Shown: positions 20,247-20,457 of the stretch, one piece after another
How positions within the stretch are numbered: the stretch's first letter is position 1
Layout: every line of letters starts with the position of its first letter
Assembly: GCF_004010195.1 (NCBI RefSeq)
Contig: NC_057719.1
Coordinates: 62,932,085 to 62,952,541, forward strand
Length of the DNA: 20,457 nucleotides
Source of the DNA: Chiloscyllium plagiosum
Taxonomy: Eukaryota
Direction of reading: 5' to 3'
The notes under the pieces: model-generated
Database searches by the model: none
What the model saw: only the letters and a program-made list of their open reading frames with translations
Told to the model about the DNA's origin: nothing
Position numbers and translations under genes: made by a program

Positions 20247-20457
20247 GAGGAGAAAGTGAGGTCTGCAGATGCTGGAGATCAAAGTTGAAACTTTATTGCT
20301 GGAACAGCACAGCAGGTCAGGCAGCATCCAGGGAACAGGAGATTCGACATTTCGGGCACAGGCCCTTCTTCAGGAATGAGCAGAGAGTGTTCAGCAGGAG
20401 TCCTGTTCCCCGGATGCTGCCTGACCTGCTGTGCTGTTCCAGCAATAAAGTTTCAAC
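20247..20457 (-). mobile_element. Young fold-back PLE-derived element with a hammerhead in the loop
   Basis: Arms 20284-20340 and 20401-20457 are 56/57 complementary. A 37-nt tail lies at 20247-20283. The element runs to the window end. Confidence 0.9.
20341..20377 (-). ncRNA. Minimal hammerhead ribozyme motif
   Basis: Minus strand: AUUC-CUGAAGA-A-GGGC-cugu-GCCC-GAAA-UG-UC-GAAU. 4-bp stem I (AUUC/GAAU) and 4-bp stem II. Confidence 0.8.

Overview
Non-genic, repeat-dense vertebrate DNA. The tRNA-derived HE1-like V-SINE, DeuSINE remnants and CR1 3' ends point to a cartilaginous fish, most likely a shark; this is inferred from repeat content, not searched. No host protein-coding gene is supported, and the listed ORFs are transposon fragments or chance frames. 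The window holds decayed CR1, L2/CR1-like and RTE LINEs, SINEs, one clear and one possible solo LTR, and many Penelope-like element (PLE) insertions. These include two GIY-YIG coding fragments from different PLE lineages and several non-coding fold-back copies with target-site duplications (TSDs). The strongest signal is a recurring minimal hammerhead ribozyme motif (CUGANGA-stem II-GAAA-NN-UH) at about 11 sites, with four different but self-complementary stem II sequences. It sits in elements built as inverted arm + arm + one-sided 32-39 nt tail + 10-16 bp TSD, and one related copy has collapsed to 55 bp. All alignments were made by eye, and the boundaries of old repeats are approximate.
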